This document shows, piece by piece, positions 9,855 through 17,939 of a stretch of 64,000 nucleotides of DNA. Source of the stretch: Candidatus Komeilibacteria bacterium (lineage in GTDB: Bacteria; Patescibacteriota; Patescibacteriia; UBA1558; UBA10009); contig JAPLWM010000007.1 in assembly GCA_026396575.1 (NCBI GenBank), positions 11,546 through 75,545 on the forward strand. Reading direction: 5' to 3'. Each line of letters starts with the position of its first letter. Within the stretch, counting starts at the first letter, position 1. The notes under the pieces are model-generated. The model did not search any database and was not told the origin of the DNA. It saw nothing but the letters and a program-made list of their open reading frames with translations. Made by a program: the position numbers and the translations under genes.

Positions 9855-11011
9855 ATAAGCGGATTTTAATTTATGCCACAGCGTACCTGCCCTTGGTTGG
9901 CGGCGCCGAAGTGGCGGTTAAGGAAATTACCGATCGCCTAGCAGGCTATGATTTTGATTTGATTACCGCTTTAATGGATAAAAAATTAGCCAGAGCGGAA
10001 AAAATCGGCCGAGTGAATGTTTACCGCCTGGGCTGCGGCTGGCCGAAATTTGATAAATTATATTTAGCGCTGTTCGGGCATTATAAGGGCTGGCAATTGC
10101 ATCGGCAAAAAAAATATGACCTGGTTTGGGCAATTATGGCCAGTTTTGGCGGTTTTGCCGCTTTAAGCTTTAAATTAAAAACAAAAATTCCTTATTTATT
10201 GACTTTACAGGAAGGCGATCCGATCGAGGAAATTTTAAATAAAGTTAAATTGGTCAGAGGCAGATTCAATGAGATTTTTATCGCTTCCGACGCTTTGCAG
10301 CCCATCAGCAGCTATTTGGCCGCTTGGGGCGAAAAAATGGGGTTTGCCGGTAAAATTAGCGAAGTTATCCCCAATGGCGTTGATGTCGGTTTATTTACCA
10401 AAGAATATTTTAAAGAAGAAATCGGCGCTTTAAGACGCAGTTTCGGTTTTCCGGCCGATTCGGTTATTGCGGTAACATCTTCCAGATTGGTAATAAAAAA
10501 CGGCGTGGGCGACGTTATTAAGGCCTTAAAAAATTTACCGGCCGATTTTTGTTTTTATATCTGCGGCAGCGGGCCTTTGGAAAACAAGTTAAAACAATTA
10601 ACTGAAGATTTGCATTTGGAGCAAAGGGTAAAATTCGGCGGTTATAAAAGCCACGATGAATTGCCGAAAATCCTCAAGGCCGGCGATATTTTTATCAGGC
10701 CTTCCCTCAGTGAAGGTTTGGGCAATTCTTTTTTGGAAGCCATGGCCGCGGGTTTGCCAACCATCGGCACTTTAGTCGGGGGCATTCCCGATTTTTTAAT
10801 TGAAGGCCAAACCGGTTTGGTTTGCCAGCCCGGCGATAGCCAAAGCATCGGCGAAACAATTTTAAGGGCCAGCCGCCTGTCGGTTGAAGAAAAAAAACGG
10901 CTGCACCGCAATGCCCTTATCCTGGTTAAAGAAAAATATAACTGGGACTGCGTTGTCGCCCGTTTGGATTTATTATTCAATCGATTATTAAATAGCAAAA
11001 ACAATTTATGA
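9851..11011 (+). CDS. Family 4 (GT-B) glycosyltransferase.
   Basis: C-terminal EGLGNSFLEAMAAGLPTIGT (the E-x7-E GT4 motif). Confidence 0.75.
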   Translation: MNKRILIYATAYLPLVGGAEVAVKEITDRLAGYDFDLITALMDKKLARAEKIGRVNVYRLGCGWPKFDKLYLALFGHYKGWQLHRQKKYDLVWAIMASFGGFAALSFKLKTKIPYLLTLQEGDPIEEILNKVKLVRGRFNEIFIASDALQPISSYLAAWGEKMGFAGKISEVIPNGVDVGLFTKEYFKEEIGALRRSFGFPADSVIAVTSSRLVIKNGVGDVIKALKNLPADFCFYICGSGPLENKLKQLTEDLHLEQRVKFGGYKSHDELPKILKAGDIFIRPSLSEGLGNSFLEAMAAGLPTIGTLVGGIPDFLIEGQTGLVCQPGDSQSIGETILRASRLSVEEKKRLHRNALILVKEKYNWDCVVARLDLLFNRLLNSKNNL

Positions 11012-12291
11012 AAGTTACCATTATCGGCTTAGGTTACGTGGGCTTAGTAACCGCCGTCGGTTTGTCCGAGTTGGGGCACCAGGTCTTTGGCTGCGATACC
11101 GACCCGCAGAAGATCGCTTCTTTAAAAAAGGGCCAAGTGCCGTTTTACGAACCCGGCTTGGATAAGCTGCTCAAAAAAAATTTTAAGAGCGGCCGTTTGG
11201 TTTTTACCGCTAATTTGGCAGAGATTATAAATCAAGCCCCGATTATTTTTATTTGCGTGGGTACGCCGGCAGCCAAGAGCGGCCAAGCCGATTTAAGCTA
11301 TGTGGAGTCGGCCCTTAAAACCATCGCCCAAACGGCCAAGACCGGAAAAATCATCGTGATCAAAAGCACGGTGCCGGTGGGCACCAGTGAAAAATTTGAA
11401 AAACTCCTTAATCCTCATGGCCAAAAATTTCCTTTTATTTCCTGTTCGGAATTTTTACGGGAAGGCCTGGGGGTAAATGATTTTTTCCAACCTGACAGGA
11501 TTATCGTGGGCGCCACTCGGCGGGCTTTGGCTTTAAAAGTGCTTAATCTTTTTGCCAAAATCAAAACCATTAAGTTTATTACCAACCGGGAAACGGCGGA
11601 GTTGATTAAATACACGGCTAATTCCTTTTTGGCCATGAAAATTTCCTTTATCAACGAAATTGCCAATTTATGCGAAAAAGTGGGCGCCGATGTTATGGAC
11701 GTGGCTTGGGGCATCGGTTTGGATAAGCGGATCAATCCTTTATGGCTTAAAGCGGGCATCGGCTATGGCGGCAGCTGTTTTCCCAAGGATGTTTGGGCTT
11801 TGCGGCGGATTGCCGAAAACGCCGGCTATGATTTTAAAATTTTAAAATCGGTGATCGAGGTTAATCAAAGGCAATCCGAATTATTCATTAAAAAAATCCA
11901 AGGGCATTTCGGCCAGCTTAATGGTTTAACCATCGGGGTTTTGGGCCTGGCTTTTAAAAACGATACCGATGATATCAGGGATTCGGTGGCTTTAAGGGCG
12001 ATTGAACAATTAGTTAGTTTGGGCGTAAAAGTGAAAGCTTATGATCCGCTGGCCATGCCCAATGCCAAAAAGTTTTTTGCGCCTAAAATAACTCTCTGCC
12101 ATTCGGCCGGAGAGGTGTTTAAAAATTCTCGAGCCGTGGTTATTGCCACCGAATGGCCGCAGTTTAAAAATCTGCCTTGGCAAAAATTTGGCCGGAGCCT
12201 GAAAGAGCGCGTAATTTTTGACGGTAAGAATTTATTGGATCCGGCAACCATGGAAAAATTAAAGTTTAAGTATTATTCAATCGGCCGATGA
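11008..12291 (+). CDS. ugd: UDP-glucose 6-dehydrogenase.
   Basis: MKVTIIGLGYVGL NAD-binding N-terminus and the GGSCFPKD catalytic-Cys motif. 427 aa. Confidence 0.85.
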   Translation: MKVTIIGLGYVGLVTAVGLSELGHQVFGCDTDPQKIASLKKGQVPFYEPGLDKLLKKNFKSGRLVFTANLAEIINQAPIIFICVGTPAAKSGQADLSYVESALKTIAQTAKTGKIIVIKSTVPVGTSEKFEKLLNPHGQKFPFISCSEFLREGLGVNDFFQPDRIIVGATRRALALKVLNLFAKIKTIKFITNRETAELIKYTANSFLAMKISFINEIANLCEKVGADVMDVAWGIGLDKRINPLWLKAGIGYGGSCFPKDVWALRRIAENAGYDFKILKSVIEVNQRQSELFIKKIQGHFGQLNGLTIGVLGLAFKNDTDDIRDSVALRAIEQLVSLGVKVKAYDPLAMPNAKKFFAPKITLCHSAGEVFKNSRAVVIATEWPQFKNLPWQKFGRSLKERVIFDGKNLLDPATMEKLKFKYYSIGR

Positions 12292-12947
12292 AAACCTTTA
12301 TCGTTATTCCTTGTTATAACGAAGCCGAGCATTTGGCCAAAGTTATCGCGGCGGTTAAACCTTACGGCCAAGTGGTGCTGGTGGACGACGGTTCCACCGA
12401 CCAAAGTTTTAACATTGCCAAAAATTGCGGAGTAATTGTTTTGCGCCATCTGGTTAACCGCGGCATGGGCGCGGCTTTGGAAACGGGGGATAGCTACGCA
12501 TTTAAGCACGGCGCTGATGTGGTTGTTCATTTTGATGCCGACGGCCAGCATCTGGCCGAAGAAATTCCCCGGGTTATAGAACCTATTAGCCAAGGAAAAG
12601 TTGACGTAGTTTTAGGTTCAAGGTTTTTAGATCCGGGCAATAACGTGCCTTTTCTAAAAAAACTGTTAATTTTAAAGCCGGCGATTTTATTTCAAAATTT
12701 ATTGCTGGGCGTTAAATTAACCGATGCCCATAACGGTTTCAGGGCTTTGTCCTACGCGGCGCTCTCTAAAATAAAAATCACTCAGGACGAATTCGCCCAT
12801 GCCACCGAAATTATAGAGCTTATCAAGGCTCATAATTTAAGGTATCAGGAAGTTCCCGTGACCGTTAAGTATCACGAATTCGGCCAGGGATTTTCCACCG
12901 GCTTGAAAATTTTAAAGGATTTGTTTTTTGGAAAAATTAACAGATAA
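12288..12947 (+). CDS. Family 2 glycosyltransferase (polyprenyl-phosphate sugar synthase-like).
   Basis: IVIPCYNEAEHL, VLVDDGSTD and DADGQH motifs. Confidence 0.75.
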   Translation: MKTFIVIPCYNEAEHLAKVIAAVKPYGQVVLVDDGSTDQSFNIAKNCGVIVLRHLVNRGMGAALETGDSYAFKHGADVVVHFDADGQHLAEEIPRVIEPISQGKVDVVLGSRFLDPGNNVPFLKKLLILKPAILFQNLLLGVKLTDAHNGFRALSYAALSKIKITQDEFAHATEIIELIKAHNLRYQEVPVTVKYHEFGQGFSTGLKILKDLFFGKINR

Positions 12948-12952
12948 ATTAT

Positions 12953-13300
12953 ATGAACTATTTGCCTTTGCAGATTATCGTCAGTTTATTCGTTCTCTTG
13001 GTAATTTTTCGGTTAAGCAGAAAATTCAAGGACAGTATTTTAAAAACTTCTGAATTTATCGGCTGGCTGGTTATTTGGGCGGTGGTTTTAGTGGCGTTTT
13101 GGCTGCCCAATACCGCTTCTTACTTGGCTTTATTGGTGGGTATTGGCCGCGGCGTGGATTTGGCGGTTTACTCGGCTATTTTAATTATCTTTTATTTGAT
13201 TTTCCGCCTTTATTTAAAGCACGATAAGCAGCAGCAGCAAATTACCAAAATTATCAGGCATCTGGCTTTAAAAGAGGAGGATGAGAAAAAGCCGCAATAA
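12953..13300 (+). CDS. DUF2304-like small membrane protein (usual partner of GT2 enzymes).
   Basis: 115 aa with 3-4 TM helices and the motif GIGRGVDLAVYSAILIIFYLIFRLY, which I recognise from DUF2304 proteins that routinely follow DPM-like GT2 genes. Confidence 0.55.
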   Translation: MNYLPLQIIVSLFVLLVIFRLSRKFKDSILKTSEFIGWLVIWAVVLVAFWLPNTASYLALLVGIGRGVDLAVYSAILIIFYLIFRLYLKHDKQQQQITKIIRHLALKEEDEKKPQ

Positions 13301-14328
13301 TGAAAAAAGTCGCCATCTTAATCGTTAATTATAACGGCCAGCAGTATCTCCCGGACCTTTTGGAGAGTGTTTTTAAATATAGGCCCCAAAGCGTTTTTTT
13401 TGAAACGATCGTGGTGGATAACGCTTCAATTGATGATTCCGTTGCCTGGCTGGTTAAAAATTATCCGCAAGTTACCTTGCTTAAACAATCGGAAAATTTC
13501 GGTTTTGCCGGAGGCAACAATATCGGCATTAAATACGCTTTAAATAAGGGTTATGATTACGTGATGCTGTTAAATCAGGATACCGTTGTCAGCCAGGGCT
13601 ATTTGGATAAATTAATCGAAAAAATCGAAGCGGTGCCTGCTGCGGCGGCCGTTCAGCCCAAATTATTGCTTTACCCTTTAACCGATTTGGTCAACAGTTT
13701 GGGCAACGTGATTCATTATTTGGGTTTTGGCTATACGGCCGCTAAACCGATTTTAAATAACGAGGTTAATTACTGTTCCGGCGCGGCTTGCTTGATTTCC
13801 GCGGCGGCTTTTAAAAAAGTCGGCTTATTTAACGAAGAGCTGTTTATGTACCATGAGGATTTGGATTTGGGCTGGCGCTTCCGCTTAAGGGGCTATAAAA
13901 ATTTAGTGGAGCCAAAAAGCGCGGTTTACCATAAATACGAATTTTCCCGCAGCATTAAGAAATATTATTTTTTGGAAAGAAACCGCTTTATGGTAATATT
14001 GCAGAATTACAAAATAGGCACCTTGGTTTTAATTTTACCGGCTTTAATTTTAATGGAGCTGGGTTTATTTCTCTTTTCTTTTAGCAACGGCTGGTGGCTG
14101 GAAAAATTGAAAGTTTATCGGTATTTTTTCAGTTTAAAAAATTGGCAAAAAATATTTAAAACTAGAAAACAGATTCAAGGCCATAGAAGCCGGCCGGATC
14201 GCTTGATTGTTAAGGATTTTGCCGGCACCATCGAGCATCAGGAAATTAATTCGCCTTTGGTTGCTTGCTTAGTTAACCCGCTGTTTAACGCTTATTGGCG
14301 GATAATTAAGCCGTTAATTTTATGGTAA
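13300..14328 (+). CDS. Family 2 glycosyltransferase (GT-A, rhamnosyltransferase-like).
   Basis: AILIVNYNGQQYL, VVDNASIDDS and QDT motifs, with C-terminal TM helices. Confidence 0.7.
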   Translation: MKKVAILIVNYNGQQYLPDLLESVFKYRPQSVFFETIVVDNASIDDSVAWLVKNYPQVTLLKQSENFGFAGGNNIGIKYALNKGYDYVMLLNQDTVVSQGYLDKLIEKIEAVPAAAAVQPKLLLYPLTDLVNSLGNVIHYLGFGYTAAKPILNNEVNYCSGAACLISAAAFKKVGLFNEELFMYHEDLDLGWRFRLRGYKNLVEPKSAVYHKYEFSRSIKKYYFLERNRFMVILQNYKIGTLVLILPALILMELGLFLFSFSNGWWLEKLKVYRYFFSLKNWQKIFKTRKQIQGHRSRPDRLIVKDFAGTIEHQEINSPLVACLVNPLFNAYWRIIKPLILW

Positions 14329-15482
14329 TGGAGCAAAAGCTTAAAATCGCCCAAGTGGTTTCCACTTTTCCGCCTTATCGCGGCGGCATGGGCAACGTCG
14401 CTTTTAATTTGGCCGATAATTTAAGCCGCTTGGGCTATGAAGTGACGGTTTTTTCGCCGCAACGGCATTTCGGCCATTTAAATCTTGACAGTTATTTTAA
14501 AATCCATAGATTACAGCCGCAATTAAGGTACGGCAATGCCGCCGTAGTTTTGCAATTATTTTTTTATCTTTTAAAGTATGACATCGTTCATTATCATTAC
14601 CCTTTTTTAGGCGCTTCCTTAGCCACCACTCTGGCTAAGCTGATTAAAGGCAAGAAACAGAAATTAATCGTGCATTATCATATGGATTTAGTCGGCCAGG
14701 GTTGGAAAGCCGCCATTTTTAAAATATACAACTGGTCGCATTTGCGCGGCTTATTTTTAATCGCCGATAAAATTATCGTGACTTCCGATGATTATTTGAC
14801 TAAATCCTTAATTTATCCCCTGGCCCAAAAATATTGGGAGAAATTTTGCATTTTGCCCAACGGCGTTAACCTTGATTATTTTAAGCCAGCTGCCAAAGAT
14901 CCGGCTTTAACCCATAAATACCAGCTTAAAGACAAAAAGGTCATTTTATTCGTTGGCGCCCTGGACAGCGCCCATTATTTTAAGGGCGTCAATTATCTAA
15001 TCAAGGCGATGGAAAATTTAAGCCGAGAGGATATTAAACTGATTATCGTGGGCGAAGGCGAGTTAAGGTCGGTTTATGAAGATATGGTTAATTCTTACGA
15101 TTTAAACAATCGGGTAATTTTTACCGGCTACGTGCCCGACGAAGAATTGGTTAAGTTTTATAATCTGGCCGATATTTTCGTTCTGCCTTCCATTGATAAA
15201 ACCGAGGCCTTTGGCATGGTTTTACTGGAAGCCATGGCTTGCGCCAAGCCGGTGGTGGCTTCCAGCTTGCCGGGCGTGAGGGAAGTGGTGGAAGTAAAAA
15301 AGAACGGCCGTTTGTTCAAGCCTAAAGATGTGGCCGGTTTGGTGGAGCAATTGAACGTTTTGCTTAACCAGCCGGAGTTAGCCAAGGAATACGGGCTATA
15401 CGGCCGGGCCAAGGTGGAGGCCTGTTACAGCTGGTCGAAAATTACCGAGGAGCTGTTAAAAATCTACCAAGCCGATTTATGA
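14322..15482 (+). CDS. Family 4 glycosyltransferase.
   Basis: EAFGMVLLEAMACAKPVVAS (E-x7-E motif) and an N-terminal Glyco_trans_4-like domain. Confidence 0.75.
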   Translation: MVMEQKLKIAQVVSTFPPYRGGMGNVAFNLADNLSRLGYEVTVFSPQRHFGHLNLDSYFKIHRLQPQLRYGNAAVVLQLFFYLLKYDIVHYHYPFLGASLATTLAKLIKGKKQKLIVHYHMDLVGQGWKAAIFKIYNWSHLRGLFLIADKIIVTSDDYLTKSLIYPLAQKYWEKFCILPNGVNLDYFKPAAKDPALTHKYQLKDKKVILFVGALDSAHYFKGVNYLIKAMENLSREDIKLIIVGEGELRSVYEDMVNSYDLNNRVIFTGYVPDEELVKFYNLADIFVLPSIDKTEAFGMVLLEAMACAKPVVASSLPGVREVVEVKKNGRLFKPKDVAGLVEQLNVLLNQPELAKEYGLYGRAKVEACYSWSKITEELLKIYQADL

Positions 15483-16687
15483 GATTTTGCCTGATTAACA
15501 ACTTATATCCGCCCATTGATCGTGGCGGCGCCGAGCGGATTGTGGAATTGATCGCTGAAGAGCTTAAAAAGCGCGGCGAAGTTTTAGTGATTACTTCACA
15601 GCCGGATTGGCTATTGGATCGCCAGAAAATCGGCGATTTTGAAATTTGCCGGCTTAATCCTTTGAATATTTATCATCTTTTGGAAGCTAATAAGCAAACT
15701 GCCAGGCGCAAGCTTCTTTGGCATTTTAATGATTTATTCAAGCGGCCCGTTTTGCATCAGGTTGGAAAAATTTTAAGCGAGAAACCGGTTGATTTTGTTT
15801 TCACCCATAATTTAAAAGGCTTAAGTCTGGGCATTCCCAAGATTATCCGTAAATTGAAATTAACCCAGATCCACACCCTTCACGATTATCAGCTTTTGGA
15901 CCCGCACGGTTCTTTGCACCGCCAGGGCCAAAATTTGGCCTTAAAACACGGCTTTTATCCTTTATACAGGTATTTCACCAGGCAAGCCATAAAATCGCCC
16001 AGCTTGGTTGTTTCGCCCTCCAAATTCGTTTTGGACAAGCACTTGGAGTATGGATTTTTTAAGAAGTCCAAAACCGTTGTTTTGCCTAATCCCGTAGAAT
16101 TGTCTGGTGCTGAATTGCAATTACCCAAGGTTGTTAGCGATAAATTAAGAATTTTATATTTAGGCCAGATCGAACCCCATAAAGGCGTAAAATTTTTAGT
16201 TGATTCTTTTGTAAAATGGAATAATGCCAATGCCGAATTAACCATTGCCGGCGAGGGGAGCGAGTTGCAAAAAATCAATGAATCAATGAATCAAAAAATC
16301 AATGAATCGGCCAGATCAAGGATTAAAATTTTAGGGAAAGTGGCCAGGGAGAAGTTGCCGGAGTTATTCGCCGCCGCCGATTTATTGGTGGTGCCTTCAA
16401 TGTGGTGGGAAAATTCGCCCACGGTAATTTACGAGGCCTACGGTTATCAAGTGCCTGTTTTAGTTGCCAATACCGGCGGAGCTCCGGAATTGGTAAAAAA
16501 CGGAACAACCGGTTTTATTTTTACAGCCGATAATCAGGAAGATTTAATTGATAAATTAAATGCGGCTTTGAAACAAAAGGACAAATTGCCTGAACTTGGC
16601 AAACAGGGTTATGAATTCATTAAACATTTCGAGGTTAAAAATTATGTGGATAAATTATTGGAGTTATGCCAAACTTTGAAGAAATAA
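15479..16687 (+). CDS. Family 4 glycosyltransferase.
   Basis: ENSPTVIYEAYGYQVPVLVANTGGAPELV. It contains an in-frame micro-repeat KINESMNQKINES at 16268-16300. Confidence 0.7.
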   Translation: MRFCLINNLYPPIDRGGAERIVELIAEELKKRGEVLVITSQPDWLLDRQKIGDFEICRLNPLNIYHLLEANKQTARRKLLWHFNDLFKRPVLHQVGKILSEKPVDFVFTHNLKGLSLGIPKIIRKLKLTQIHTLHDYQLLDPHGSLHRQGQNLALKHGFYPLYRYFTRQAIKSPSLVVSPSKFVLDKHLEYGFFKKSKTVVLPNPVELSGAELQLPKVVSDKLRILYLGQIEPHKGVKFLVDSFVKWNNANAELTIAGEGSELQKINESMNQKINESARSRIKILGKVAREKLPELFAAADLLVVPSMWWENSPTVIYEAYGYQVPVLVANTGGAPELVKNGTTGFIFTADNQEDLIDKLNAALKQKDKLPELGKQGYEFIKHFEVKNYVDKLLELCQTLKK

Positions 16688-17562
16688 CAGATCGGCTTAA
16701 AGCCAGGGCCGATTTTAAAGACGGCATTTTTTTATTTTTACCGAAAATCTCCCAATTCCAGCAAAAGGAAATTGTTTTCCATAATCAAATTCATAACTCC
16801 GAAGAAGAAATTCATCAGCTTAATGCTTTAAGGAACCGTTATTACCACGATTATTTTAAAAAACCGTTATTTAAACTGCCGCCAAAGTCCGTAATTTTGG
16901 AAATCGGCGCCGGCTCGGGTTATGATTTATTGCCTTTACTTAAGCAAGGTTATTGTATCATTGCCTCGGATATCAGCTTAGAATCGATTAAGGCCATTAA
17001 ACAAAAAATGGACAGTGATTATCCACAGTTTAAAGAGCGGATCGTTTATTTGGCGGCCGACGGCCAAAATTTGCCCTTAGCCAGCGCTGTCGCGGATGCC
17101 TGTTTTACCGTGGCTTCGCTGCATCATTTTGAAAACCAGCGGGATGCTTTAAAGGAAATGTTACGGGTAACCTCAGCAAACGGCTTATTGATTATGGCTA
17201 TGGAACCGTCCCGCTGGATGATGTTTTTTACCAAGCTGTTTAAAAACAAGGTTGCTTTAAGAATCCGCGATGGCCATTCCGAAGCCGACGAAACCCACCC
17301 GGGCTACTTAAAAAATGACTTAATAAAGTTAATTCCGCCCGGAGCAAAATGGCAGCTTAAAAGAGTTTGGCTGACGCAGGGCTTTTTACATTACGGTTTA
17401 GAGGGAATTTACCGCTTATTCAAACTGAAAAAGAGAATTAAAATCCCTATTGCCTTGGAAGTGATTTTGTTGGGTTTGGATGAAGTTTTATTAAAAATAC
17501 CGGTTATAAATTGGCTGAATTGGCACTGGATTTTAATTATTCGCAAAAATATAGTAGAATAG
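16666..17562 (+). CDS. Class I SAM-dependent methyltransferase.
   Basis: LEIGAGSGYDLLPLL (motif I, GxGxG), an acidic residue after beta-2 (IASDIS) and motif II AADGQNLPL. Confidence 0.7.
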   Translation: MPNFEEITDRLKARADFKDGIFLFLPKISQFQQKEIVFHNQIHNSEEEIHQLNALRNRYYHDYFKKPLFKLPPKSVILEIGAGSGYDLLPLLKQGYCIIASDISLESIKAIKQKMDSDYPQFKERIVYLAADGQNLPLASAVADACFTVASLHHFENQRDALKEMLRVTSANGLLIMAMEPSRWMMFFTKLFKNKVALRIRDGHSEADETHPGYLKNDLIKLIPPGAKWQLKRVWLTQGFLHYGLEGIYRLFKLKKRIKIPIALEVILLGLDEVLLKIPVINWLNWHWILIIRKNIVE

Positions 17563-17568
17563 ACTATA

Positions 17569-17939
17569 TGTTAACCAAAAGGAAAAGCCCGATTCAGGGT
17601 TATGGCATTTTTACCGATAGCCCCATTAAAAAAGGCGAGGCCTTTTATAAAATCCCGAGCGATAAAATTTTATCCCAGAACCACCACCAAGCGGCCAGAA
17701 TCGGCGCTCAGCAATGGGTTTGGGATGAGCAAGTTTTAAATTTCGTCAATCATTCCTGCGAACCCAATGTTTTTATCAATGTGGCCAATTTAACTTTGGT
17801 GGCTTTAAAAAATATCAGGGCAGGCGAAGAAATCACCTGCAATTACGATTTTAGCGAAGGGGAACAGGGCTTTCATTTTATCTGCCAGTGCGGCAGCAAA
17901 TTTTGCGAACAGCAGGTCGGCGAAGTGGTGCGAAATTAA
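17569..17939 (+). CDS. Minimal SET-domain protein (putative protein lysine methyltransferase).
   Basis: GYGIF (GxG), NHSCEPN (the NHSCxPN SAM-binding/catalytic motif), EEITCNYDF (ELxxxY-type) and a post-SET CQCGSKFC (CxCx4C). 123 aa. The start at ATG 17569 lies 7 nt after the methyltransferase stop. Confidence 0.75.
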
